From contig CALRAJ010000004.1 in the NCBI GenBank assembly GCA_943350765.1, positions 19,309-83,308 on the forward strand: DNA of 64,000 nt, in the 5' to 3' direction. Origin of the DNA: Candidatus Tayloriibacteriota bacterium. Lineage in GTDB: Bacteria; Patescibacteriota; Minisyncoccia; Phycocordibacterales; PALSA-1337. The translations under genes were made by a program, and so were the position numbers. The notes beneath the pieces were generated by a model. The model was not told the origin of the DNA. It made no database searches and saw nothing but the letters and a program-made list of their open reading frames with translations. Each line of letters starts with the position of its first letter. Within the stretch, counting starts at the first letter, position 1. This document shows, piece by piece, positions 9,118 through 19,413 of this stretch.

Positions 9118-10248
9118 TTACTTGAGTACCTCTATCCCCGGCAAAGTTTCGTGTATCAAAAAATCGAGCATAGCGCCACCAGCGGTAGAAATAAAAGAAA
9201 AGCTTTTTTCGAGACCGAGCTTATGTATCACGGCTAGTGTATCTCCTCCTCCTACAATAGTCTTTGCACCGCACTCAGCAAGAACTTTTGCCAATTCTTC
9301 TGTCCCTTGTGAAAATCCATTTTCATAATCACCAAGAGGACCGTTCCAGACAACGAGCTGGCTTTTCCGTGCGAGTAGGGCGAGCACGGAAACTGCCCTT
9401 TCTCCCACATCAAGAATATTCTCCCCTACCAAAACCTGATCGGGTCTTTTGGTTTCTTTTGTACCACTCACAGTTTTTACCACCACAGCCTCAGGCAAAT
9501 ATAATTTTTTATTTTGCATCATCTCTGCTAGTTTAAAATCAAGTTTCGAAAAAAGTGAAGCGCCTATCTCATACCCCTGTTCCTTAAAAAAGTTATTCGC
9601 CAACGCACCACCCACAAATACAAAATCGGCTCGTTTCAAAAACTTTTCAACGAGTGGTATTTTAGTTTCAAGCTTGGCTCCAGCAAGAACAAAAAGAAAT
9701 GGTCTTTCTGGCACAAAAGCTTGCGACAGATTTTTTACCTCTTCCTCAAACAAAAGTCCCGCATATCCAGGAATACATTTTGGCACACCCACAATAGACG
9801 CGTGTGCACGGTGTGAGACTGAAAATGCCTCGTTTACATACACATCAGCGAGCGAGGCCAGCTCTTTTGCAAACTTTAAATCGTTTACTTTTTCTCCTTC
9901 CCATGTACGCAAATTCTCAAGCATCAGACATTCCCCAGATGGAAGTGTTTCAAAATCCTTCAAAACATTTCGATAATTTTCCACAAATCTCACCGTCACA
10001 AACTTTTGCATATAGTCAGCTACCACTTTTAAAGACACTTTTTCCTTACTCTCGATATGTCCGATAATCAAAACTTTTGCACCTGCTTTTTGCAAATACT
10101 GTATAGTCGGCAAGGACTGACGAATTCGAAAATCATCTACCACCCTACCATTTTGTATCGGTACATTGAGATCCAGACGAAGCAAAACCCTCACCCCATC
10201 TAAATGTGGAATATCTCGCACAGTCTTAAATGAGGTTTTAAATGCCAT
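9118..10248 (-). CDS. pgk: Phosphoglycerate kinase
   Basis: RLDLNVP, LENLR, AFSVSHRAHAS, WNGPLG, GGGDT, STAGGA. Confidence 0.97.
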   Translation of the reverse strand: MAFKTSFKTVRDIPHLDGVRVLLRLDLNVPIQNGRVVDDFRIRQSLPTIQYLQKAGAKVLIIGHIESKEKVSLKVVADYMQKFVTVRFVENYRNVLKDFETLPSGECLMLENLRTWEGEKVNDLKFAKELASLADVYVNEAFSVSHRAHASIVGVPKCIPGYAGLLFEEEVKNLSQAFVPERPFLFVLAGAKLETKIPLVEKFLKRADFVFVGGALANNFFKEQGYEIGASLFSKLDFKLAEMMQNKKLYLPEAVVVKTVSGTKETKRPDQVLVGENILDVGERAVSVLALLARKSQLVVWNGPLGDYENGFSQGTEELAKVLAECGAKTIVGGGDTLAVIHKLGLEKSFSFISTAGGAMLDFLIHETLPGIEVLK

Positions 10249-10990
10249 CGATTTCTTTTAAAATTAAATTAAAACCTTCTGTATTTATACTTTCCCGACC
10301 CACAAGTAATCCGTCCACCTGACCCAGTAGGACAATATCTTTTGCATTTTTAAAAGTAACCGAGCCACCGTATAAAATCCTTACTGACAAAGCATACTCC
10401 TGCCCATAAGTATCTGCCAACACTTTTTTTATAAACAACCCTGTCTCTCGCACATCAGCTGGAGTCATAGCAACCGGAGCCCCAATAGTCCAGAGTGGCT
10501 CATACGCCACGATGAGTTGTTTTACATCTTTGCGAGCTAGCTTACCTAGCGAAGCAATAATTTGTGCCTTGAGTACTGCGAGATAATCCCCATTCTGATC
10601 ACGCTCCTTTTCCCCGACACAAAGTATCACCTGCAAACCAGCTCCTACTACAGCACCTATCTTTTGTGAGACAATTTCATCGGTTTCCCCCATCTTGCGT
10701 CGTTCGGCGTGTCCAACAATAACATATTTCACCCCCACCGATTTCAACATGTCGGCACTCACTTCACCAGTAAAAGACCCCGATTGTTCGAGAGACACAT
10801 TCTGTGCACCGAGAGAAAAGTTATCGGCAGTTTTAACTAAATGTGCGTATACAAATGGTGGACACACAACCGTGTCAATCTTTTTAGATTTTATAGCAAC
10901 TTTTTTAACGGTGGTTGCTATCCGACTCGCCTCCTCAGTGGTTTGGGGGTTCATTTTCCAGTTCCCTGCAATGATATATTTTTTCTTCAT
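10238..10990 (-). CDS. tpiA: Triosephosphate isomerase
   Basis: AGNWKMN, GHAERR, AYEPLWTIG, YGGSV. Confidence 0.97.
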   Translation of the reverse strand: MKKKYIIAGNWKMNPQTTEEASRIATTVKKVAIKSKKIDTVVCPPFVYAHLVKTADNFSLGAQNVSLEQSGSFTGEVSADMLKSVGVKYVIVGHAERRKMGETDEIVSQKIGAVVGAGLQVILCVGEKERDQNGDYLAVLKAQIIASLGKLARKDVKQLIVAYEPLWTIGAPVAMTPADVRETGLFIKKVLADTYGQEYALSVRILYGGSVTFKNAKDIVLLGQVDGLLVGRESINTEGFNLILKEIDGI

Positions 10991-11125
10991 ACAAATCAGT
11001 ATAGCATTTCAAGCTTAAAATTACGAAATTACATCGTTTGTACTTACCTAACTATGGAAGTTCGTGTAATCACTCGAGTTGTGAGACACGGCTCAACCGA
11101 AGCCTGTTTTAGCAAACCTATATTT

Positions 11126-11184
11126 AGAGCCACATTAAACGGCTAAACAGGGTGTTTAGCCGTTTAATGTGGCTCTGTAGAGTC
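11126..11184. repeat. REP-like palindrome family A, copy 2
   Basis: agagccacattaaacggctaaaca-ggg-tgtttagccgtttaatgtggctct followed by gtagag. Confidence 0.8.
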
Positions 11185-11220
11185 GTTTGGAAAATTGATA
11201 AATCAAGCGGTTTTGGAGTA

Positions 11221-11360
11221 CCCCCAATTACGAAATGCGTTGAAGGCATGTCTTTTAAATGGACTTCGGAAGCGGGTAGCTGAGACTTGAGAGATTTTTC
11301 ACCAGAAAAATACTCGTGCCATTTAAAAGATGTGCCGAGAAAGCATTTCGTAATTGGGGG
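11221..11360 (+). repeat. ~140-nt structured repeat family B, copy 1
   Basis: Terminal IR ccccaattacgaaat/atttcgtaattgggg with nested internal stems. Confidence 0.88.
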
Positions 11361-11397
11361 GGGGAGAGTGGCAAGTTTTTCATTTCAAAAATTTTGA

Positions 11398-13659
11398 CTA
11401 CTCCACCTCCTGCCAGCTCTGTATTTGGTATCCACCAGACGGACCAGAAGTAAAAATTAGGTTGGCTAAACCAGTTTCATACACCACTGACGAGCTATTT
11501 TGAAGTTTTATTTTCCAACCGGTCACTTCTTTTACACTCGCACTACTTTGTAATAAAACCTGACCATGTGGAGCATATATCAGCACTTTACCCGAAATAC
11601 TATTGGCTACACTAATAGCATCAACAGTACCACCGTTTTGAGCACTATTGTTTTGAGAGACAAGCATCACATAAGAATTTGTTCCAGAACCTAGAAATTG
11701 TGTGCTGTTTGAGAGAGTTATCTTGCTACCTGAGGTTCTGCTCGCGGGATTATCTGCAATAATAGCCACCGTCTTACCAGAAATAGATGGACTAATCTGA
11801 ATTGCTCCACTATTGCCCAAGATGATATTCCCCTTTACCCAAACCATACCGGCCAGGGTGAGTGTTGAAGAATTACTTACTTCTAGGTCGCAATTGATTT
11901 TTATCGGTCCTAGAGTTACATTTGCTGAACCCGTTATTTTATACGGACACGGAGTTGTGATCACTCCGCCATTTTCTGCATCTATTTTCCACTGATCTAT
12001 CACGGCATCAGATATAGGCAAGCTACTTGTGGCTTGGTCGGCACTATTTGGGAATGATGTACCCAGCACTTTGGCATTTACAGTGGTTTTAAAATATCCA
12101 TCTTTTTCTGCTACTGCATCAGCGATTTTATTTGCATAAATAGAACCCGTTGAATGTAATTGTGTTACAAAACCATTTGGTCCAGCAGACACCACATCAC
12201 CCAAAACCATATTACCCCCCGAAGCAGTGGCCTGATAGATGCGGAGCGGGCTTACAGCATTTACATTTGTTGTAAGTAGATAAATATATCCAGACGGAGC
12301 GCTGGCGAGATCGTATGGTGCCCCACCAGTAATGGTGATTGTATTTTTAATTTCTGGTAAGACAGTGTTTCCGATATTCCAGACCTGAAACTGTTTTGTA
12401 GTTGCCGAACTTACAGCTGTATAGAGATAACTTCCAGATGCAAAAAATGCCTGAGGTGCAGTGGAAGTATTTGCACTTGTGGATGTTGCAATAGTGGGAG
12501 CTGTGGGGGTAGTGATGTTTACCACCTGAATATTGCCACCTCCCTGAGAGCCTACATACGCGTATATACCATATAATGATACCGAGAGTGGACTTGTCGT
12601 GAGTGCTACCGACCCAACAAGTGTAGGTAACGCTGGATTAGCTAAGCTAAAAATCTCCAACTTACTAGACGCACCACCTTGACTAATAACATACAGATAC
12701 TGATCCTGAATACCAATGTCTATGGGTGCTGCGTTGGTGGCTACTGTTGCCAAAAGCGTCATGCTGGCTGGATTCGAGACATTGAGAACTTTGATTGCAT
12801 TGCCCGAAAATGAAGCGACATAGGCATAAGCACCAGCTACAACAATCCTCCTAGGGTTGCCAGTAACGGCGACCGCACCTCGGTATACTGGCGAAGCCTG
12901 ATTTGTGATGGAGTATGCGATTACATTATTATGACCAGATGAAGTAATAAAAAGATTACTACCAGAAACAACAATGTCTTTTTGCAAAGGATTGATACCA
13001 TTTGGATTAGTAACTGTGGAAACCACCGATGGGGATGCTGGATTTGCAATCGAAACGGTTTGAAGATTATTATTATTTACAACATAGAGGTAGTCACCGC
13101 TACGGGCAAGTCTCCCCGCATCTGGTCCAACATTTACAGTACCCACGAGAGTGGGAGAGATAGATCCAGAGGTAATACTCCCGCTTCCACCGACCCCTCC
13201 ACTTGAATAGATATTTCCTGAAACTGAGGAACTATTAGATAACATAACTCCTCCCTCGCCAACCTGTAGACCATAATTAAATCCTGTTCCTGCACCTGAA
13301 AATAAATCGCTTCCAACTCTTTTTATATACCCCCCGCGATCAGCCGAGGTTGTAATTCTTTTACCCCCTACTATGTCGACAATCGTACTACTCGCAGTAT
13401 AGCCATTTAAGGTCAAGGACTCGCTTGTTCCAACTTTTTTTGACTTTTTAAATCTATAGACAATATCTTCGTGTAGAGCTTCACCGATTGCGTAGCTTTC
13501 TCTAGACTTTACTATGTTTTGTGCATTTTTTAGGTCTCGTGTTACTACTTCAGAAGTGCCGATCACCACGATAAGTCCAATGATTAAGAAAAATACCACC
13601 GAAATAATCATTGCTTGTCCACCTTTCATCGATACATGTTTTAAATTATATTTATTCAT
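11398..13659 (-). CDS. PilX-like N-terminal pilus-associated protein with LVIVD-type beta-propeller repeats (putative tip adhesin)
   Basis: GGQAMIISVVFF prepilin-like N-terminus; repeats such as YAYVAS..IKVLNVSNPASM; last gene of the pil operon. Confidence 0.75.
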   Translation of the reverse strand: MNKYNLKHVSMKGGQAMIISVVFFLIIGLIVVIGTSEVVTRDLKNAQNIVKSRESYAIGEALHEDIVYRFKKSKKVGTSESLTLNGYTASSTIVDIVGGKRITTSADRGGYIKRVGSDLFSGAGTGFNYGLQVGEGGVMLSNSSSVSGNIYSSGGVGGSGSITSGSISPTLVGTVNVGPDAGRLARSGDYLYVVNNNNLQTVSIANPASPSVVSTVTNPNGINPLQKDIVVSGSNLFITSSGHNNVIAYSITNQASPVYRGAVAVTGNPRRIVVAGAYAYVASFSGNAIKVLNVSNPASMTLLATVATNAAPIDIGIQDQYLYVISQGGASSKLEIFSLANPALPTLVGSVALTTSPLSVSLYGIYAYVGSQGGGNIQVVNITTPTAPTIATSTSANTSTAPQAFFASGSYLYTAVSSATTKQFQVWNIGNTVLPEIKNTITITGGAPYDLASAPSGYIYLLTTNVNAVSPLRIYQATASGGNMVLGDVVSAGPNGFVTQLHSTGSIYANKIADAVAEKDGYFKTTVNAKVLGTSFPNSADQATSSLPISDAVIDQWKIDAENGGVITTPCPYKITGSANVTLGPIKINCDLEVSNSSTLTLAGMVWVKGNIILGNSGAIQISPSISGKTVAIIADNPASRTSGSKITLSNSTQFLGSGTNSYVMLVSQNNSAQNGGTVDAISVANSISGKVLIYAPHGQVLLQSSASVKEVTGWKIKLQNSSSVVYETGLANLIFTSGPSGGYQIQSWQEVE

Positions 13660-13661
13660 AT

Positions 13662-14177
13662 TTAATAAAAGTTTCGCAATACAGCGGTAGTATAAAATGT
13701 TTCCGTTTTTGTTTTACTACCGACAGAACTTTGTAAAGTAAGGCTGATTTTTACTGCGTTTGAAAGACTGTTTTGTATTTGATTGAAAACCAAATTGGTA
13801 ACTATGGTATTTGAAAGGGTGATCTGTCCACCATCCACTCCCCCAGTCATAACTTTTATTACCCCGCCACTTACATAGAACCTCACAGTGGTTACTGCTC
13901 CATTTGCAAGAGTTGTATTTAGAGTTAGCTGACCCGGACTAGTCACAAAAGTACTTTGTCCAGTATCTATAGACTGTGCCTGGCGGATTTCGTATACCAT
14001 TCTAGAGAGAGCAGAGGTAGCTGAAGCTGTAATATTTTTTGAGAGCTTGACATTATTATATGTCTTTGACATAGTCACCAAACCATTTACCACTAAGGTT
14101 GTTACACTCGTCAATAATGCAATGTACACTAGCATTTCAATGAGAGAAACCCCAGTTTTACGAATATTTGTGTGCAT
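13662..14177 (-). CDS. Type IV minor pilin
   Basis: KTG/VSLIEMLVYI class III signal; start MHTN at 14177. Confidence 0.88.
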   Translation of the reverse strand: MHTNIRKTGVSLIEMLVYIALLTSVTTLVVNGLVTMSKTYNNVKLSKNITASATSALSRMVYEIRQAQSIDTGQSTFVTSPGQLTLNTTLANGAVTTVRFYVSGGVIKVMTGGVDGGQITLSNTIVTNLVFNQIQNSLSNAVKISLTLQSSVGSKTKTETFYTTAVLRNFY

Positions 14178-14178
14178 A

Positions 14179-14685
14179 TTAGTTGTCAAACATATTAGTA
14201 ATATAACTTGAAATTTGTTTGCTGGTGGTGGCGGTACTTCCACTTATTTTAGGCCAAACTACTGTTACTGAATATCCTTTGGTATTTGGATCAAGTGTTC
14301 CACCAGAAGACACAATCTTGTCATTACTATCTCGATACACAGCCGAAAACACAACCTTTCTAGTATATATAGTATCTACCGTTTGTGGTGTAGTAGTCGA
14401 TTGCCAAGCTCCACCCGTCCAATTTAAATAATATGTAGTCCCAGCAGTAGTATTACCGATGTGAGATGCCCAGCTTGTATCACGCAGTAGACGGACAACT
14501 TCGAGACCCTCCTCAATCAGAAAACTGGCTTTGACTATCCTAGTATTGGCAAATTGAACTTTTAAATATGAAGAGTAAACACTAAACAGTGATGTGAAGG
14601 TTATGGATATGATAGCGGTTGCTACTACCACCTCCAGTATACTGAAACCAACTTTATACTTTATATTTTGATTCAGGAAAGACAT
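14179..14685 (-). CDS. Type IV minor pilin (PilV-like)
   Basis: G/FSILEVVVA prepilin motif. Confidence 0.88.
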   Translation of the reverse strand: MSFLNQNIKYKVGFSILEVVVATAIISITFTSLFSVYSSYLKVQFANTRIVKASFLIEEGLEVVRLLRDTSWASHIGNTTAGTTYYLNWTGGAWQSTTTPQTVDTIYTRKVVFSAVYRDSNDKIVSSGGTLDPNTKGYSVTVVWPKISGSTATTSKQISSYITNMFDN

Positions 14686-14691
14686 GGTTTT

Positions 14692-15195
14692 TTATTGTAC
14701 CTCTACTATACCTGTTTTATAAACAGTTACTGTTTTATATTTACTTGGATTTGAAACTAACACTACTCTAAATGTACCGTTATTAGATGTGTTTCCTGTA
14801 AATCTATCGAAAACTACATCTGTACTGCCATCAACAAGAGAAATCGTATTTATGGATACCCGACTATTTAATAACAAAGGTATATTTGAGGTAGCCGATG
14901 CATTATAAGAGTTGCCTTTGAAAATAATCGGTCCAGTACTAGTCAGATGTACACCAAAGTTTGAAGCATTTTTTGCAGAGATTGTTAATGACCTAGATTC
15001 TGCAAAAACAGATACGACCGAATCTGTCGCCTTATTTAAGACTTCATTATCTGTACTGGATGACAAAGCACTTAGTGATATTGCCGATATAATAGCCATC
15101 ACCGCTAATGTAATAACAATCTCTATCAATGAGAAGCCTCTACCCACAAATGATACTGGCTGATATTTCCTTGTAAAAAGATGTAGCAAAAACAT
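14692..15195 (-). CDS. Type IV minor pilin (FimT/GspH-like)
   Basis: RG/FSLIEIVI prepilin motif. Confidence 0.88.
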   Translation of the reverse strand: MFLLHLFTRKYQPVSFVGRGFSLIEIVITLAVMAIISAISLSALSSSTDNEVLNKATDSVVSVFAESRSLTISAKNASNFGVHLTSTGPIIFKGNSYNASATSNIPLLLNSRVSINTISLVDGSTDVVFDRFTGNTSNNGTFRVVLVSNPSKYKTVTVYKTGIVEVQ

Positions 15196-15198
15196 GTA

Positions 15199-16422
15199 TT
15201 ATTTTATTGTATCCATTACTGAATAGATCGGAGTAATCATCGATATGGCAAAAAATCCAACAGCCGCACCAATAATTACCATGAGCACTGGCTCAATGAT
15301 AGTGGACATGTCTTTCGTCTTTTGCTCTACTTCATCCTCATAAAAATCAGCGACTCCAATCAACATTTCTGCCATTTTACCAGTCTCTTCTCCCACACTT
15401 ATCATTTCCCCAACAAAAACTGGATACAAACGAGGAACTTCAATAAAAGAAGCGGATATTGGTACACCCTGCTGTATAGACTTCTCGGCTTTTTGTAAAA
15501 CTTCTTTGTAATATGAGTTTTGCAAAACATCTCCCGTAATCCGCACCGACTCTACCACAGGGACACCAGCGGACAATAGAGAAGCGAGGGTGCGTGCTGT
15601 GCGAGCCGAATTTACTTGTTTTACCAAAAGTCCAACGATCGGCAATCTAAGTACAACATAATCACGAATTCTCTTGCCTCTTTTTGTTTGCAATGGAAAA
15701 TAAATAGCCAAAACCACCGAAACCAAAAGTAAAAAAGCGTATATAAAATGGTTTTTAAGGAAATCACTTACAAAAATCACAATTTTTGTACTGAGAGGTA
15801 AGGCTACACCAAGCTCAGTAAAAGTTGCGGTAAGAGTTGGCACGACAAATATAAGCATTAAAACTGCAATAATAGCCATTACCCCCATAATAACTGCTGG
15901 GTAAATCATCGCCCCCTTGACCTTACGCTGTATAAAATATGAACGATCCATTTGCTTTGCCACTACTTTCAATGATCCAGCCAGACTACCACTCTGCTCA
16001 CCAGCAGTCACCATAGAAACAAATAATGAAGAAAACACTTTTGGATATTTTCTCATACCGTCGCTTAATGTTTGCCCGTGACTAATATCCTTATTTAAAT
16101 CAATTAAAATCTTTTTTAGGTTCTGATTTTTTGATTGGCGTTCCAAAACATCAAGTGCTCTGGAAACCGCTAGTCCTGCTTCCAACATTGCACCCAGATT
16201 TCTAGCAAAAATAATCTTGTCGTATATTTTTATTCCGCTAAATAGGCCTGTTTTTTTAAAAATAGTGGATATAAGGTTTCTCTCTGAGGCTGGCTCAATA
16301 CTTACAATACTGCCACCCGCATCTTTGAATTCTTTTGCAACTGCAAATTTATCGGTAGCCTCCCTGAAACCTTCTGTGGTTTTACCATCTATACCTATTA
16401 CTTTATAAGCAAATCTAGTCAT
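15199..16422 (-). CDS. pilC: Type IV pilus platform protein PilC/GspF
   Basis: Two T2SSF repeats (GEQSGSL, AMIYP, GEETGKM, EPVLMV). Confidence 0.95.
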   Translation of the reverse strand: MTRFAYKVIGIDGKTTEGFREATDKFAVAKEFKDAGGSIVSIEPASERNLISTIFKKTGLFSGIKIYDKIIFARNLGAMLEAGLAVSRALDVLERQSKNQNLKKILIDLNKDISHGQTLSDGMRKYPKVFSSLFVSMVTAGEQSGSLAGSLKVVAKQMDRSYFIQRKVKGAMIYPAVIMGVMAIIAVLMLIFVVPTLTATFTELGVALPLSTKIVIFVSDFLKNHFIYAFLLLVSVVLAIYFPLQTKRGKRIRDYVVLRLPIVGLLVKQVNSARTARTLASLLSAGVPVVESVRITGDVLQNSYYKEVLQKAEKSIQQGVPISASFIEVPRLYPVFVGEMISVGEETGKMAEMLIGVADFYEDEVEQKTKDMSTIIEPVLMVIIGAAVGFFAISMITPIYSVMDTIK

Positions 16423-16441
16423 GTATATTAAAAATTAAATT

Positions 16442-18208
16442 TTACTCAGAAATCACTCGCAAAACCTCCTCTATGGTTGTTACCCCCATTACGGCCTTAA
16501 AAATACCGTCTTCTATCATGGTGAGCATCCCCTCTTTTTTTGCCTGATCTTCAATCTGGTCACTTGTCGCCCCCTTCATTACAAGTTCTCGTATTGGTAA
16601 TGTTACTTTTAGTATTTCATGTATACCAATACGACCGCTATAACCATCTTCACTTTCAGGAGTTTTTACTGGCTTATAAAACGCAATTTTTTCCCAACTC
16701 ATGTTTTTGTCGACAATCTTTTCTTCTTTTAAGGCGGAAAGTACCCTCTCCAAATCGACAGACTTTGAAAGAGTGGCTATTTCTGTTTTAGTTAAAAAAT
16801 ATTTCTCTTTTGAGACACAAAGTTTGCGAATCAGTCTCTGTGCGATCACGACATTGATAGTTGAGACCAACAAAAATGGTTCAATCTTCATATCGAGCAA
16901 TCGTGGGATAGCTCCCGCAGCTGAGTTTGTATGGAGAGTAGAAAGCACTAGATGTCCAGTAAGAGCCGCGTTTACTGCAAGAGAAGCTGTCTCATTATCA
17001 CGAATTTCACCTACCATTATAATATCGGGGTCTTGTCGAACCAGAGTACGCAAACCGATAGAAAAAGTAAAACCGATTTCTGGTTTTACTTGGGTTTGAT
17101 TGATCCTAGCCATTTGATACTCCACAGGATCCTCGATTGTAGAAATATTTACATCGGCGGTATTTAAAATATCTAATACGGTATATAGAGTAGTGGTTTT
17201 ACCTGAGCCTGTTGGACCTGTCGTAAGTATCATACCCGTCGTCAACCTACTTGCATTGTGGATACGCTCAAGCCCTTCGCCATGAAAACCGAGGCCTTCG
17301 AGATTAAACCCTGAAGCATTTTCTCGAAGCAGTCGCATCACGGTTTTTTCACCATAGTAAGTCGGCAAAATCGAAACTCGAAACGAGACTTTTTCTCCAT
17401 TCAGCTCAATTTTAAAACGACCGTCTTGTGGTAAACGCTTTTCATCAAGCTTCAAGCTTGAGAGTACTTTTATACGGGCAGTGATGCCAGCCTCAATATT
17501 TTTTGGTAAAATCATGGCATCATGGAGAATTCCGTCTATACGATACCGAACTAAAAGCTGGGTTTCGAGTGGCTCTATGTGTATATCAGAAGCATTTTGA
17601 ATAATCGCATGTTTAAGCAATGTATCCACTACTCGTACTACAGGCAAATCCTCGGCTATTTTCTTTAGGTCGCTTTCACTAGCTGGTTTAGCCTCACTAT
17701 CACCAATTGACATTTCGTCCAATGGCTTGATGGTCAATGCTTCCTTCTGAATAATATCTCCGAACTCAGCTTTTAAACTTTTTTGATACTGTAATATTGC
17801 AGATTTGATTGATTCAGTATCGGTAAGGCGTGGCAAAATCTTTAAATGCACCTTCTTTTTGACAAAGTCTATTGCACTCAAATCATCTGTATCGAGCATT
17901 GCTACCTCCAACGAATCCTTACTCTGCTTAAAAGCCACAATGTTGTTATTTCTCGCAATAGGCTCAGGAATAAGTGAAAGTACTTTAAAGTCGAGCTTTT
18001 GGTCCTTGAGGTCTACAAACGGGATACCCAAAACATAGGCTTGGATACGATGTAGGTTATCATCTGTTATTTTACCTATTTTTACCAAAATACTACCTAT
18101 GTCTTTTCCGCTTTTTTCTGATTCTTCTTGTGCAGACTCGAAATCGGCCTTTGAAACCAGACCTGAATCTAAAATAAAGTCCTTGAATTGTTTTTGTTCA
18201 ATATACAT
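16442..18208 (-). CDS. pilB: Type IV pilus assembly ATPase PilB/GspE
   Basis: ASDIHIEP, RLPQDGR, TGPTGSGKTTT, TIEDPVE, RQDPD..MVGEIRD, LSTLHTN. Confidence 0.95.
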   Translation of the reverse strand: MYIEQKQFKDFILDSGLVSKADFESAQEESEKSGKDIGSILVKIGKITDDNLHRIQAYVLGIPFVDLKDQKLDFKVLSLIPEPIARNNNIVAFKQSKDSLEVAMLDTDDLSAIDFVKKKVHLKILPRLTDTESIKSAILQYQKSLKAEFGDIIQKEALTIKPLDEMSIGDSEAKPASESDLKKIAEDLPVVRVVDTLLKHAIIQNASDIHIEPLETQLLVRYRIDGILHDAMILPKNIEAGITARIKVLSSLKLDEKRLPQDGRFKIELNGEKVSFRVSILPTYYGEKTVMRLLRENASGFNLEGLGFHGEGLERIHNASRLTTGMILTTGPTGSGKTTTLYTVLDILNTADVNISTIEDPVEYQMARINQTQVKPEIGFTFSIGLRTLVRQDPDIIMVGEIRDNETASLAVNAALTGHLVLSTLHTNSAAGAIPRLLDMKIEPFLLVSTINVVIAQRLIRKLCVSKEKYFLTKTEIATLSKSVDLERVLSALKEEKIVDKNMSWEKIAFYKPVKTPESEDGYSGRIGIHEILKVTLPIRELVMKGATSDQIEDQAKKEGMLTMIEDGIFKAVMGVTTIEEVLRVISE

Positions 18209-18372
18209 AGTTTTCTTTGATATAAGTATATCAAATAATCCACACAACTCCTCAAAATACACTGTGGACAAGTACAATCTTGGCTAGGTAATAATAGTTA
18301 TTACTATTGTAAAAAAATAAAAAGACCACCCGTGAAGATGGTCAGACTGTATACTTAGACACGGAGTATGGC

Positions 18373-18753
18373 TTATGCAACTTTTTCTACCGACCCATTA
18401 CCAGTCATAGACAACGAGCTACTCAATGCTTGAAGTTTGGCAACGAGCACGGTCTTCGCCACCGAGGTGATTTCTGTTGTACCGAAACCGCCCAAGCGCC
18501 TCGTAGTCATTCCAGAGAGCTCGGTAGCAAGGGCGGCTGAAACACCATGATAATTTTCCTTCACAAGCCCAGTGATAGCCTCCAGAAGTTCTCCGAAACG
18601 CTGATAGACTAGTGCCTCTCGCTCTGTAGGACCAAAGTATGCCGTGTGATACATCAGTATCGAGGGGTAGAACCCATGTCCTACCCCCATGGTTTTCTTA
18701 TCAATGCCCCCACTCACTTCGAAGTCGAGCAATAGTCCCCTCAGTCCCACCAT
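18373..18753 (-). CDS. Hypothetical protein
   Basis: 126-aa ORF with a downstream hairpin; may be contiguous with the 18808-19155 unit. Confidence 0.45.
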   Translation of the reverse strand: MVGLRGLLLDFEVSGGIDKKTMGVGHGFYPSILMYHTAYFGPTEREALVYQRFGELLEAITGLVKENYHGVSAALATELSGMTTRRLGGFGTTEITSVAKTVLVAKLQALSSSLSMTGNGSVEKVA

Positions 18754-18807
18754 ACATTCATCTGGTGATCCAAGGAGATGAGCCGCTGCGTAACACGCAA
18801 CATAGAT

Positions 18808-19155
18808 CTACTCCAACCTTCGAATGTAGAAGTGGTGCAGAGGGTCGGTCGGACCATGCACACATGCGCTCTGGAACGGTCTCATTTCACATGCCAGAGC
18901 ATAAGCCCAGAAGCCCACCTCGAGAAGCCGGCTGATCTTTGTACGGTTAGCTGGGTTATCCAGCGACTGTTTATCAAGTCCTGACCAAAGCTCATTTAGC
19001 TCAGTTTTGATTTTGGGAAACCTTAGCCAAAGCTCATCCAAAAACCCACTGAGTGGCTTCCCACGATACCAGCATTCATTTACACCAGCACCAATGCCAT
19101 AGACCACAAAACCGAATTGCGGAACTTTAAGAGAGACGAACTCGCGTTTTTCCAT
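18808..19155 (-). CDS. Hypothetical protein
   Basis: 115-aa ORF with upstream TTGCAA-17-TACTTT. Confidence 0.5.
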   Translation of the reverse strand: MEKREFVSLKVPQFGFVVYGIGAGVNECWYRGKPLSGFLDELWLRFPKIKTELNELWSGLDKQSLDNPANRTKISRLLEVGFWAYALACEMRPFQSACVHGPTDPLHHFYIRRLE

Positions 19156-19254
19156 AAAACCATCACTTTCTGCTAGTTGTTTATGTTCTACCGACTTTTA
19201 AAGTACCACGAGGTACAGCATATTGCAAGTTTTCACTTGAATTTTATAGTTCAC

Positions 19255-19390
19255 TTGACAAATACCCTGCAACACGCTACACTCATCTTGTAAGTAACTA
19301 GTTCGCCTCCTCAGGCGGACTCGTTTTTTTAAAAAATACAAATAAAGGGTTCTCCCCTGAAAATCTACTGATTTTCAGGGGAGGCGACCC
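19255..19390 (+). promoter_or_regulatory. nusA promoter and leader with terminator-like hairpin
   Basis: TTGACA-17-TACACT (19255-19283); hairpin agttcgcct-cctc-aggcggact plus T-run (19300-19330); second hairpin cccctgaaaatc-tact-gattttcagggg. Confidence 0.6.
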
Positions 19391-19413
19391 AATATTTACT
19401 AACAAAAACACAT

